The notes under the pieces: generated by a model | Databases searched by the model: none | What the model was told of the DNA's origin: nothing | Seen by the model: only the letters and a program-made list of their open reading frames with translations | In this document: positions 1-9,174 of the stretch, in pieces | Numbering within the stretch: position 1 is the stretch's first letter | Layout of the letters: each line of letters starts with the position of its first letter | Position numbers and translations under genes: made by a program | Source: Pyrinomonadaceae bacterium | Lineage (GTDB): Bacteria; Acidobacteriota; Blastocatellia; Pyrinomonadales; Pyrinomonadaceae | Length of the DNA: 40,488 bases | NCBI GenBank assembly: GCA_035526605.1 | Contig: DATLCA010000340.1 | Coordinates: forward strand, 1-40,488 | Direction of reading: 5' to 3'

Positions 1-399
1 GCCTGGATGGTCATCGCCATCCCGTTAATGATCGTCGCGGCCGAGCGTTGGGGAAGCGACGGAGTTGCTGCGGCCAGACTAACGGCGACACTTATCACCA
101 TTCCCATCATCGCGTATAGCGAGCGGCGGTTTCTGGGAAATGTTCTTTGGAGATTCTGGCTCGCCGTCGGAGCCCGGATCCTAGTCGCGGCGGCCGCGAT
201 GGCCCTCGTAGAGCGGACATTATTGAGCCTCTTGGGCGAGTCTTACCTGTCTCTTTTCGCGGCCGGGAGCGCCGGGGCGCTGGTGTTCGCGATAGCAATT
301 TTGTTGACGCGGCTTTTGACGCCCGAAGAGCGAGAGATCGTGAGCAGAAATCTCGATGTAAGAAAGCAGTTCCGCAGAACCCAGAAGGCGGCCGGGTAA
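1..399 (+). CDS. C-terminal fragment of a polytopic membrane protein, probably a polysaccharide flippase (Wzx/MOP-type). The 5' end lies outside the window.
   Basis: The frame is open from base 1. The translation is almost entirely hydrophobic helices with a short basic cytoplasmic tail. It sits at the head of a polysaccharide gene cluster. Confidence 0.5.
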   Translation, partial: AWMVIAIPLMIVAAERWGSDGVAAARLTATLITIPIIAYSERRFLGNVLWRFWLAVGARILVAAAAMALVERTLLSLLGESYLSLFAAGSAGALVFAIAILLTRLLTPEEREIVSRNLDVRKQFRRTQKAAG

Positions 400-419
400 A
401 TCAAACGCGAAATCAGGAA

Positions 420-1094
420 ATGGAAACTAAACTCGGACTCGTTCAGCGGCTCGAATTTATTAAATCACTCTGCAGGGACAGGAGTGTTCTTCATCTCGGC
501 TGTACGAACTGGCCTTACACGCAGGATGCGATCGAGGCGGGCACGCTTCTTCATAAAGATCTCGCGGAGGTGGCGAGCGAGTTGACGGGCTTTGATTTCG
601 ACCAGGAAGGAATTGATATTCTTTCGTCGAGAGGGTTCGACAAGCTCTTCCGCGCCGATCTGGAAAAGCTCGAGGACGTCGGGCTTAACGGAACGTTCGA
701 CGTGATCGTGGCCGGCGAGATGATCGAGCACCTGAATAACCCGGGCTTGTTCCTCGAAGGAATCAAGCGGTTCATGCATCGCGAAACGCTGCTCGTAATC
801 ACGACGATAAACGCGTACTCCGGAATGCGATTCTTCGTGTATGGGCTGCGCGGGCGTGGCGGGGACCGCGAGCCGGTTCACCCTGATCATGTCGCCTATT
901 ATTCTTATTCGACTCTGAAGCTGTTGTTGGAGCGTTTCGGTTTCCAGCTCGCGGACTTCCAATTCTACGACATCGGCAGCGAGCATCGTCCGCACAATGG
1001 GAAGTTGCGTAATTTTGTGAACGACGTCTGTGTGAAGATCGCCCCGCAATGGGCCGACGGTGTGATCGCGGTCTGCAAGCTTCCGGTCGAATAA
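420..1094 (+). CDS. Class I SAM-dependent methyltransferase
   Basis: ATG at 420 is in frame within track ORF 147..1094. Motif I-like VLHLGC, plus FDVIVAGEMIEHL (post-I/II). The upstream part of the track ORF overlaps the flippase gene and is arginine-rich junk. Confidence 0.75.
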   Translation: METKLGLVQRLEFIKSLCRDRSVLHLGCTNWPYTQDAIEAGTLLHKDLAEVASELTGFDFDQEGIDILSSRGFDKLFRADLEKLEDVGLNGTFDVIVAGEMIEHLNNPGLFLEGIKRFMHRETLLVITTINAYSGMRFFVYGLRGRGGDREPVHPDHVAYYSYSTLKLLLERFGFQLADFQFYDIGSEHRPHNGKLRNFVNDVCVKIAPQWADGVIAVCKLPVE

Positions 1095-1104
1095 AACAAT
1101 TCAG

Positions 1105-2697
1105 CTACCCCAGAGCGGCGGGAGTTCTGAGCGCCGTCCTCCGCGCAAATAGATTCACAAAAGCCAGACTTAGCGCCAGGACAAACAGAAGCCTTAGAAC
1201 CGATGGAAATATCGTCGCGTAAAAGGATTCAAAAGAAACGATCGTCATCAACGAGAAGTATGCGACCTTTTTCCATAGGGCGGGGTTCGGTGTGTCGATC
1301 AACGCGGCATAAATAAATCGAAGATATATTCCCAGAATGAGCATTCCCAGGGGCACGCCGATCGGGCCGAAATTGCGTAGCAGATCGCCGAACGGCGAGA
1401 TCGCGAACGAGTTTTCCCCGAAGTTGAAATAAAGGTCGCTGTACGCGCGCGGATCGGATGTCGGCGGCTTTTCCTTCCAGATGAACCGCGGAATAAAGGA
1501 CGTATAAAGATCGTTCAGAATGTTGTTCTCGAGCCCGTAGCTCGCTTCGTAAGGAGCAAGCTGCTCATAGTTGGCGACGACGACCGCCACCGAGCTCAGA
1601 TTTTCAACTCGGGCCGCGAGGGCCGAAGCGGACTGCTCGACGATCAGCATCGGGTCGGCGACCGAGAGGTATTCGACCGTGACCAGAACTTGGCCAAAAT
1701 AATCTCCGGCGCCGATGCGTTCCTCCGATCCCTTTACATTCCGGAAAGTGGTTCCGTAGATGACCCCTATGATAACGGCGAGCAGGCCGACCACGGCGAA
1801 AAGAGCCGCAACGCGGAGCTTTAATTTGCGCCCGGAGGCGACGAACGCGTAGGCGATGGGAAGGAGACCCAAAATTAAGCTGCCACGGGATCCCACCACC
1901 GCCATCCTCAACGGGAGGAAAACGATCAGGATCCCAATGATCAGGTAGAACACGAGGTTGCGCTGCTTGGCGCTGAAAACGGCGAGCCAAAGTAAAACCG
2001 TGCCTTCGGCAAGCACCGACATGATGAAAAACAGGAGGCCGTCAAAAATGTTGACCTCGATGTTTCGCTGGAAGCCCAATAGGCCCTGAAGGAACCCGAG
2101 TATGTTGAAGGCCACTCCGAAGATGAGCAGCAAAACTCCCGGCAGCCAAATCTGCTCCGGCTTCCAATTCCATTTCGGGAGCCTCGGCTCGACAACATCG
2201 GAGAGCCGTTTTCCGACCGGCAGGAAAAACCCGAAAGTAAGACTGAGAAACCCGACCGCGATGTAAATCAGGGTCAGCGGAAGGTTGTATTGCGGGTCGT
2301 CGATGAACGACATGAAGAACGGATCGACCCAACCAAACGCGATTATCACTCCCCCGAGAACGAAAGCCGGAAAAACGTACGACCAGGCCGCGTAAACGAG
2401 CGGGTGAAAAAGATCAAACTTTCCGATGTAGAGAAGATAGACGCTCGGCGCAAGGACGCAAGCTCCGGCCAGAAAGGTCCACGGCAGCAAATAGAAACCG
2501 TGCATCTCACTGCTGAGATCGTTGTCGATCCAGATAAAGCTCGCGACCGCGACAATAACCACCGCCCAAATAATCGCGATGGGAACGATGAAGTTACCGC
2601 GCAAACGGCTCGGCTGTGGAATTTTATACGAGAATTGCGTTGCCATTATTTTGTCGGCCGAGACCCTACCCCTGTGTTCGCTTTCACCTATGAGCAC
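1105..2697 (-). CDS. Polytopic membrane protein, putative O-antigen/EPS repeat-unit polymerase (Wzy-like)
   Basis: 530-aa ORF with more than 10 predicted TM helices and no soluble domain. It is the only reverse-strand gene in the cluster. An alternative start exists at the ATG at 2646. Confidence 0.5.
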   Translation of the reverse strand: MLIGESEHRGRVSADKIMATQFSYKIPQPSRLRGNFIVPIAIIWAVVIVAVASFIWIDNDLSSEMHGFYLLPWTFLAGACVLAPSVYLLYIGKFDLFHPLVYAAWSYVFPAFVLGGVIIAFGWVDPFFMSFIDDPQYNLPLTLIYIAVGFLSLTFGFFLPVGKRLSDVVEPRLPKWNWKPEQIWLPGVLLLIFGVAFNILGFLQGLLGFQRNIEVNIFDGLLFFIMSVLAEGTVLLWLAVFSAKQRNLVFYLIIGILIVFLPLRMAVVGSRGSLILGLLPIAYAFVASGRKLKLRVAALFAVVGLLAVIIGVIYGTTFRNVKGSEERIGAGDYFGQVLVTVEYLSVADPMLIVEQSASALAARVENLSSVAVVVANYEQLAPYEASYGLENNILNDLYTSFIPRFIWKEKPPTSDPRAYSDLYFNFGENSFAISPFGDLLRNFGPIGVPLGMLILGIYLRFIYAALIDTPNPALWKKVAYFSLMTIVSFESFYATIFPSVLRLLFVLALSLAFVNLFARRTALRTPAALG

Positions 2698-2982
2698 CGG
2701 GTGGCCCGCGGGTGACGGAGCCCGCCTGATCCTTTGGGATGTATCCGATCACGGAACGAGCGAGGTGAAATCTGGATCGCGTCCGTCGCTTTAACCATTC
2801 CGCTAACAACCTCGGCCCGTTAATCCCGGTGCGGAATTAGTATATTATAGTTCTCGTATCTGAATCGAAGCCTCCTCGCAGAATAGCTCCCAAAGCGGTT
2901 CCGGTCTGTACGGTTTTTTATCTTTTTCGGTTAGGCTTAGACTTGTTGATTCGCTGACGAGATTCCGGGATCAACTTCCAAT

Positions 2983-3993
2983 ATGGAAACTGTGGTTTTC
3001 ACTAACGGGTGCTTCGACCTACTGCATCCGGGTCATATCGATTTGCTCACGCGGGCAAAGGGTCTCGGTACGCGACTCGTCGTCGGCATAAACAGCGACG
3101 CGTCGGTTCGGAAGATAAAAGGACCGGACCGCCCGTTTACGAGCGAGAAGGAACGCACCGACATTCTGTCGGCGATCTCCGTCGTCGATGAGGTAATCGT
3201 CTTCGACGAGCAAACCCCTGAGCGGCTTATCAAGGAACTCAAGCCGGACGTGTTGGTGAAGGGTGGCGATTGGAAGCCCGAAGAGATCATCGGCTCCGAG
3301 TTCGTGATAGGGCGCGGCGGCAAAGTTGTTTCGCTGCCTTTTCTGGACGGCTACTCTTCGAGCAGACTCGTCGAAAAGATTCGTCAGACCAACGGAAAAG
3401 GTGCCTCGAGCACGGCGGAAACAACCGGCATCGCGCAGCGTTCGCTCTCGCAGCATCTGGAAACATTTAACTCACTGATTCGGGATTGCGGAACCCAGAT
3501 TGACGAATGCGCGAACATAATCGTCGACACCGTAAAGCGCGGCAAGAAGATTTTGATATGCGGAAACGGTGGCAGCGCCGCGGATGCTCAGCATATCGCC
3601 GCGGAGTTTGTCGGCCGATACGAAACGGAACGACGCGCACTGCCGGCGATCGCCCTCACGACCGACACCTCCGCACTTACCGCGCTTGCCAACGATTACG
3701 ATTTCGAACGCATTTTTTCGAGGCAGGTCGACGCGCTGGCGGCGGAGGGAGATTGCCTGATCGGCATCAGCACCAGCGGCAACTCCCCGAACGTGATCGC
3801 GGCCGTCATGGCGGCTCGGCGCAAGGGCTGCCGCATTATCGGGATGACCGGTGCGAAAGGAAAAAAGTTGGCGGCTCTGTGCGACGCGGCTTTGATGGTG
3901 CCCGCCGAACGCACCGCGCGGATACAGGAAGCACACATCACTGTCGCGCACATCTGGTGCGAGATCGTGGACGAGACCATTTCTCAGGAATAG
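2983..3993 (+). CDS. hldC/gmhA: Bifunctional D-beta-D-heptose-1-phosphate adenylyltransferase (HldC / RfaE domain II) fused to a phosphoheptose isomerase (GmhA, SIS domain)
   Basis: The N-terminus has the cytidylyltransferase signature FTNGCFDLLHPGHIDLL. The C-terminal half has the SIS/GmhA motifs ILICGNGGSAADAQHIAAEF and GISTSGNSPNV. Confidence 0.85.
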   Translation: METVVFTNGCFDLLHPGHIDLLTRAKGLGTRLVVGINSDASVRKIKGPDRPFTSEKERTDILSAISVVDEVIVFDEQTPERLIKELKPDVLVKGGDWKPEEIIGSEFVIGRGGKVVSLPFLDGYSSSRLVEKIRQTNGKGASSTAETTGIAQRSLSQHLETFNSLIRDCGTQIDECANIIVDTVKRGKKILICGNGGSAADAQHIAAEFVGRYETERRALPAIALTTDTSALTALANDYDFERIFSRQVDALAAEGDCLIGISTSGNSPNVIAAVMAARRKGCRIIGMTGAKGKKLAALCDAALMVPAERTARIQEAHITVAHIWCEIVDETISQE

Positions 3994-4013
3994 AAACTCC
4001 CGAAGCCCTCTAG

Positions 4014-4973
4014 ATGCAAATTCTCGAAAAGTTTTCCAAGCTGAACATTCTTGTTATCGGCGACGTCATCCTTGATCGTTATTGGTGGGGAGACGTTTCG
4101 CGTATCTCACCGGAAGCTCCCGTACCGGTCATTCGACTCAAAAACACCAGCCTCGCCGCGGGCGGCGCGGCGAACGTCGCTGCCAATATTGCCGGGCTAG
4201 GGGCGACGCCCATCCTTGTCGGCATCGTCGGCGACGACGACGGCGCACAGCAGTTTCCAACCGTGCTGGAAAGCGCGGGCGTATCCTCAGATCATCTTGT
4301 CCGGGACAGGGCGCGGCCGACCACCGTCAAAACCCGCGTCATCGCGCACAGCCAACATGTAGTCCGCGTGGACCAGGAACATGCTGATGGAATTTCCGCC
4401 GAGACCGAAGAGTCGATCGTCGAAAAGCTCCGTTCCGAAATCGTTCGGGCGGACGCGATCGCGGTTTCGGACTACGCAAAGGGAATGCTAACCAGCCGCG
4501 TCTTGAAGGATCTTTTCCGGATCGCTGCCGAGAACGGCAAACCCGTGCTTGTCGATCCAAAGGGCAAAGACTATTCGAAATACAAGGGGGCTGCGCTTCT
4601 CACGCCTAATCGCCGCGAAGCCGCCGAGGCGTGCAACTTCGAAGATCACGGCGACGTCGTAAATCGCGCGGGTACAAAACTGATGAGCGATCTGGGCCTC
4701 GAAGCCTTGCTGGTTACCGAGGGCGAAGAAGGCATGACCTTGTTTCGAAAATCGCAGTCGTCGATCCGTATGGCGGCGGAGGCTCGGCAGGTGTACGACG
4801 TCACCGGAGCGGGCGACACCGTCATTGCGACGTTCGCGGTCGCGATTGGGGCCGGTGCCGACGTCGAACAGGCCGCTAGGCTGGCAAATGTCGCCGCCGG
4901 ACTTGTCGTCGAACAGGTCGGAACCACCGCCGTCACATTAGCCGGGCTCAAAGCCGCGCTCGGGAAAGAATAG
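4014..4973 (+). CDS. hldA: D-glycero-beta-D-manno-heptose-7-phosphate kinase (RfaE domain I, PfkB family)
   Basis: ILVIGDVILDRYWWGDVSRISPEAPVPV, GGAANVAANIAGLGA, and the C-terminal PfkB motif DVTGAGDTVIA. Confidence 0.85.
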   Translation: MQILEKFSKLNILVIGDVILDRYWWGDVSRISPEAPVPVIRLKNTSLAAGGAANVAANIAGLGATPILVGIVGDDDGAQQFPTVLESAGVSSDHLVRDRARPTTVKTRVIAHSQHVVRVDQEHADGISAETEESIVEKLRSEIVRADAIAVSDYAKGMLTSRVLKDLFRIAAENGKPVLVDPKGKDYSKYKGAALLTPNRREAAEACNFEDHGDVVNRAGTKLMSDLGLEALLVTEGEEGMTLFRKSQSSIRMAAEARQVYDVTGAGDTVIATFAVAIGAGADVEQAARLANVAAGLVVEQVGTTAVTLAGLKAALGKE

Positions 4974-4980
4974 CTCGACC

Positions 4981-6078
4981 TTGGATCTCAAACGCATATT
5001 GGTTTTTCGGACGGGGCATCTGGGCGACACGCTTGTCGCCGTGCCCGCGTTCTGGGCGCTCCGGCACGCTTATCCGGATTCTACGATTTCCTATCTCTCG
5101 AGCGCCGACGCCGCGAATCCGCAATATGTCTCCGCCCGTGACGTCCTTCCGGAAAAGGGGATGTTCGACGACTGGATCAGCTACCCGAATCTTTCTTCCG
5201 GCTTCGCCGATATCTTCTTGCTTTTGGGACTGGCGCTAAAGATCCGCAGGAAGCGCTTCGACGCGGTCTTCTACATGATGACGCGGTACCGGACCGCCCG
5301 GCAGATTCAACGTGACAAACTGTTCTTCAAACTCGCGGGCATCCGAAATATCGTCGGCGCGGAGTTCGTTCGCAAACACAATCTCCCGCTGGAAATTCCC
5401 AAACCGGTTCCGACGATCGAAAAAGAAGGAACGTTTCTTTTGCGGCTTCTGCGGGAAAAGGGAATCGTCGATCGCACACGCGAATTTCATCCGGACCTCG
5501 CACTAACGCAGGAGGAGCGGTCGGCGGTGACTCAATGGATGGACTCCGCCGGGATCACGAAATATGCGGGCCCGCGTATAGCGGTTGGCCCGGGTAGCAA
5601 GTGGGATTCGAAGATATGGGACGAGGCTCGATACGCGGATGTCGTTGCCCGTTTGATCGCTTCGCACGATGTGGTCCCCGTAATTTTCGGCGGACCGGAA
5701 GATCGGGAGAAAGGCGAGCGCCTGATAGCTGTGTGGGGACGCGGTGCGAATGCCGCGGGCTCTTTGAGTGTAAGAAAGGCGGCCGCGGCGCTGAGTGAAT
5801 GCACTTTCTATCTCGGGAACGACACGGGCACAATGCATCTGGCGGCGTCCGTTGGAACCACGTGTGTTGCGATGTTTTCCGCCGTCGACTGGGCCGGCCG
5901 CTTTGAGCCGGTAGGAACGCAACATACGTTGTTTCGCCGCTCCGTAGAGTGCGAAGGATGCCATTCGCCGACGTGCCTGAATAAAGAATTTCGGAACAAG
6001 TGTCTCAAGCTGATAGCGGCCGACGACGTGTTTGAAGCCTGTGTATCGGTCCTCGAAAGTCAGCCGAATCCTGTTTGA
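4981..6078 (+). CDS. Glycosyltransferase family 9 (heptosyltransferase-like)
   Basis: TTG start. N-terminal ILVFRTGHLGDTLVAVPA, and GNDTGTMHLAASVG near the C-terminus, as is typical of GT9. It directly follows the heptose-activation genes. Confidence 0.8.
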   Translation: MDLKRILVFRTGHLGDTLVAVPAFWALRHAYPDSTISYLSSADAANPQYVSARDVLPEKGMFDDWISYPNLSSGFADIFLLLGLALKIRRKRFDAVFYMMTRYRTARQIQRDKLFFKLAGIRNIVGAEFVRKHNLPLEIPKPVPTIEKEGTFLLRLLREKGIVDRTREFHPDLALTQEERSAVTQWMDSAGITKYAGPRIAVGPGSKWDSKIWDEARYADVVARLIASHDVVPVIFGGPEDREKGERLIAVWGRGANAAGSLSVRKAAAALSECTFYLGNDTGTMHLAASVGTTCVAMFSAVDWAGRFEPVGTQHTLFRRSVECEGCHSPTCLNKEFRNKCLKLIAADDVFEACVSVLESQPNPV

Positions 6079-6109
6079 GTAATTGTTCGACTCGGACTTT
6101 TTTACTACT

Positions 6110-6988
6110 ATGCGAGTTCTTGTTTTTGGCGCCGGCGGAATGCTCGGACATAAATTGATCCAGATCCTGGGGCACGGCCACGACGTTTTCGGCACCCTCC
6201 GCGGCGAGTCCGCCGATTCGTTACCGGGCAGCATTTTCGACGGTGTGTCTTTGATCAGGGGCGTATCGGTCGAGGATCCCGGCTCGATCCGAAGAGCTAT
6301 AGTCGAAACCACTCCCGACGTCGTCGTAAATGCGATCGGCATTATCAAACAGCTTCCCGATTCGAAGAATGTCATCAACACCCTGACAGTGAATTCGATC
6401 TTCCCGCATCGCCTCGCCGAGCTCGGCGAAGAGTTTGGCTTTCGACTTATCACGATCAGTACCGACTGTGTTTTTTCGGGACTTCGCGGCAATTATTCGG
6501 AGGCGGACGTTCCTGACGCCTCCGATCTCTACGGCAAAAGTAAAAACCTGGGGGAGGCCGCAGGGCCGAACTGCCTGGCCTTGCGCACCTCCATCATCGG
6601 TCATGAGCTGGGGTCTGCACACAGTCTCGTCGACTGGTTCCTGTCCAACCGAAACGCAAGCGTAAAAGGCTTCGCCAATGCAATTTACAGCGGCTTTCCA
6701 ACGGTTGTCTTTGCCGCTATAATCGACAACTTGATTCGCAATCACCCACAACTCTCCGGGCTCTATCATGTGTCGAGCGACCCGATTAACAAGTACGACC
6801 TCCTCGGGCTTGTCAACGAAGCTTACGTGGCGAATGTTGCGATCGAGCGTGATGAGGAATTTAAAATAGACCGGAGCCTCGACTCGGCAAGATTTAGAAA
6901 TGAGACGGGGTTCGCGCCGCCCGGCTGGAAAGAAATGATCGGGTCGATGGCGGAAGACGCGAAGATCTACGGCGGATGGAAACAGTGA
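6110..6988 (+). CDS. RmlD-like SDR 4-reductase. In this context it is probably a UDP-2-acetamido-2,6-dideoxy-L-hexos-4-ulose reductase (WbvR-like).
   Basis: Rossmann motif VLVFGAGGMLG right after the ATG at 6110 (the track start at 6083 is TTG). YGKSK catalytic motif. About 290 aa with no cupin domain. Stands next to a CapE/FnlA-type dehydratase and a 2-epimerase. Confidence 0.7.
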   Translation: MRVLVFGAGGMLGHKLIQILGHGHDVFGTLRGESADSLPGSIFDGVSLIRGVSVEDPGSIRRAIVETTPDVVVNAIGIIKQLPDSKNVINTLTVNSIFPHRLAELGEEFGFRLITISTDCVFSGLRGNYSEADVPDASDLYGKSKNLGEAAGPNCLALRTSIIGHELGSAHSLVDWFLSNRNASVKGFANAIYSGFPTVVFAAIIDNLIRNHPQLSGLYHVSSDPINKYDLLGLVNEAYVANVAIERDEEFKIDRSLDSARFRNETGFAPPGWKEMIGSMAEDAKIYGGWKQ

Positions 6989-8037
6989 AACTATTAGAAG
7001 GAAAAAGAATTCTGGTGACCGGAGGGACCGGTTCGCTTGGGCAAACTCTTGTTCGTAGATTATTGACGGGTGAGCTCGGCCGCCCTGCAAAGATCACCGT
7101 CTATTCGCGCGACGAGGCTAAGCAGCACTACATGCGGCTGGATTACATGCATCGCAAGGCTGCGACCGACGACGTGATCTATCAAAATTCGCAAGACCTG
7201 CTCAGCTTTCGAATCGGCGATGTTCGTGACTACCCCGCCCTGACCGCCGCCCTGCGCGATGCCGACGTTGTTTTTCATGCGGCCGCGCTGAAGCAGGTGC
7301 CGTCGTGCGAATACTTTCCGTTCGAAGCGGTCCAGACAAACATCGGCGGAGCCGCGAACCTCGTTCGTGCCATTCGCGAGAACGGTCTCAACGTGGAAAA
7401 GGTGATCGGGATCTCGACCGACAAAGCCTGCAAGCCCATCAACGTGATGGGAATGACAAAGGCCCTGCAGGAACGCGTATTGATAGAGGCAAATCGCGAT
7501 TCAGAAAATACTAGCTTTGTGTGTGTGCGATACGGAAATGTCATCGCCTCGCGCGGATCGATCGTCCCGCTGTTCGTCGAACAAGTGCAGAAGGGAGATT
7601 CGGTCACGATAACGCTGCCGGAGATGACGCGTTTTCTGTTGAGCCTCGACCGAGCCGTTGATACGGTTTTCGAAGCGGTGACAAGAGGGAAGGCGGGCCA
7701 GACGTTTATACCGAAAGTTCCTGCGGCGAATATCGTGGATCTCGCAAAGGCGATCATGGGCGACAAAGAGCTCCCCATCAAGTACACCGGCATCAGGCCG
7801 GGCGAGAAGGTCCATGAGATCATGGTTTCCGAAGAGGAATGCTATCGCACCATCGATCAGGGAGATTACTACGTGATCCTTCCAGTCTTGCCGGAACTTC
7901 GCGACGGTGCAGATTTTGTCCAGGCGTTGGACAATGAGTACTCGTCACGCGACAACAACATTTCGATCAGCGAGCTGCGTGAGCTACTCGCATCGGCGAG
8001 CGATGAGATAAAGTTCTTCCTCGCGGCCGGGAAGTAA
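6976..8037 (+). CDS. UDP-N-acetylglucosamine 4,6-dehydratase/5-epimerase of the CapE/FnlA/WbjB/WbvB type
   Basis: ILVTGGTGSLG Rossmann motif. MGMTKA replaces the usual YxxxK (Met-type triad as I recall for CapE). Overlaps the upstream reductase gene by 13 nt. Confidence 0.8.
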   Translation: METVKLLEGKRILVTGGTGSLGQTLVRRLLTGELGRPAKITVYSRDEAKQHYMRLDYMHRKAATDDVIYQNSQDLLSFRIGDVRDYPALTAALRDADVVFHAAALKQVPSCEYFPFEAVQTNIGGAANLVRAIRENGLNVEKVIGISTDKACKPINVMGMTKALQERVLIEANRDSENTSFVCVRYGNVIASRGSIVPLFVEQVQKGDSVTITLPEMTRFLLSLDRAVDTVFEAVTRGKAGQTFIPKVPAANIVDLAKAIMGDKELPIKYTGIRPGEKVHEIMVSEEECYRTIDQGDYYVILPVLPELRDGADFVQALDNEYSSRDNNISISELRELLASASDEIKFFLAAGK

Positions 8038-8050
8038 GAAACATTTTTTT

Positions 8051-9151
8051 ATGAAGGTCATGACGATCTTCGGGACGCGTCCCGAAATAATCAGGCTCAG
8101 CCTGGTTATGAAAATATTGGAGCAGCACTGCGAACACGTCACCGTCCACACGGGACAGAATTACGACGAAAGCCTCAGCGACATTTTCATCCGGGATCTC
8201 GAAGTCAAGACGCCCGATATCCACCTCGGGATTCGGTCCAATAGTTTTGGCGAGCAGATCGGTCAAATATTAACTAAGACCGACGAGGCACTCGCGGACC
8301 ATAGACCCGACAAAGTTCTGATTCTAGGCGACACGAACAGCGCTCTGTCGGCGATCGCCGCTGCACGACGCGGGATTCCTGTCTTTCACATGGAAGCAGG
8401 AAACCGTTGCTACGACGATCGCGTCCCCGAAGAGGTGAACCGGCGGATCATCGATCACTCGAGCTCGATCCTGCTTCCGTACACGGAGCGCAGCAAAGAA
8501 AATTTGATCGCGGAAGGGATTGAGCGTGACCGGGTTTACGTGACCGGGAATCCTATCGGCGAAGTTCTCACCACGTTCGAGAACCAGATATCGACCAGCC
8601 AGATTTTAGAAAAGCTGGGTGCGAAACCATCCGAGTATTTTCTCGTCACTCTGCACCGGGCCGAGAACGTCGACCTGCCTGACCGGCTGAAGGATATTTT
8701 CTCCGCGTTTCAGCAGATCGCGGAGAGATTCGATAAGCCGGTATTTGTGAGCGTCCATCCGCGCACTCGCGAGAAGATGAAGAACTTCAACATTTGTCCT
8801 GACGCTCAACGCATCACGCTGCTTGAGCCGCTGGGCTTCTTCGATTTCGTTCATCTCGAAAAGAACGCGTTGGCCGTCATGAGCGACAGCGGCACCGTCC
8901 AGGAAGAATGTGCGATCTTCGGCGTTCCGAACGTGACCCTACGCGACGTAACGGAGCGGCCGGAAACGATCGAGTGCGGGAGTAATATTTTGAGCGGAGC
9001 GGATCCCGACACGATTGTGCGAACGGTGACCTTGGCCACCTCGCAGCCGGCGAAATGGTCTGCCCCGCGCGAGTACCTCGCCGCGAACGTCGCTCAGACT
9101 GTAAGCAACATCATCCTCGGGTACACCAATCTCAGAAAGCACGTATCCTGA
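8051..9151 (+). CDS. UDP-N-acetylglucosamine 2-epimerase family (non-hydrolysing; FnlC/WbvD/WecB-like)
   Basis: N-terminal MKVMTIFGTRPEIIRL, plus LGDTNS, HMEAGNR and SDSGTVQEE motifs. Confidence 0.85.
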   Translation: MKVMTIFGTRPEIIRLSLVMKILEQHCEHVTVHTGQNYDESLSDIFIRDLEVKTPDIHLGIRSNSFGEQIGQILTKTDEALADHRPDKVLILGDTNSALSAIAAARRGIPVFHMEAGNRCYDDRVPEEVNRRIIDHSSSILLPYTERSKENLIAEGIERDRVYVTGNPIGEVLTTFENQISTSQILEKLGAKPSEYFLVTLHRAENVDLPDRLKDIFSAFQQIAERFDKPVFVSVHPRTREKMKNFNICPDAQRITLLEPLGFFDFVHLEKNALAVMSDSGTVQEECAIFGVPNVTLRDVTERPETIECGSNILSGADPDTIVRTVTLATSQPAKWSAPREYLAANVAQTVSNIILGYTNLRKHVS

Positions 9152-9174
9152 CCAAACGGCTTGCCGGCCCCGAC

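Noticed and set aside
147-419. A 91-codon N-terminal extension of the methyltransferase ORF.
   Set aside because: It overlaps the flippase coding frame and translates to Arg/Gly/Pro-rich sequence. The conserved methyltransferase fold begins after the ATG at 420.
2945-2975. Inverted repeat GTTGATTC-N15-GGATCAAC 7 nt upstream of the hldC-gmhA start, as a possible operator or translational hairpin.
   Set aside because: It is a single imperfect 8-bp stem with a large loop, and there is no second copy or associated regulator. This is too weak to call.
5503-7090. Minus-strand ORFs of 329 aa and 289 aa across the GT9 and reductase genes.
   Set aside because: They are antisense to two well-supported plus-strand genes. 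Their composition is Arg/Ser/Pro-rich and low-complexity, which is typical of GC-skewed shadow frames.
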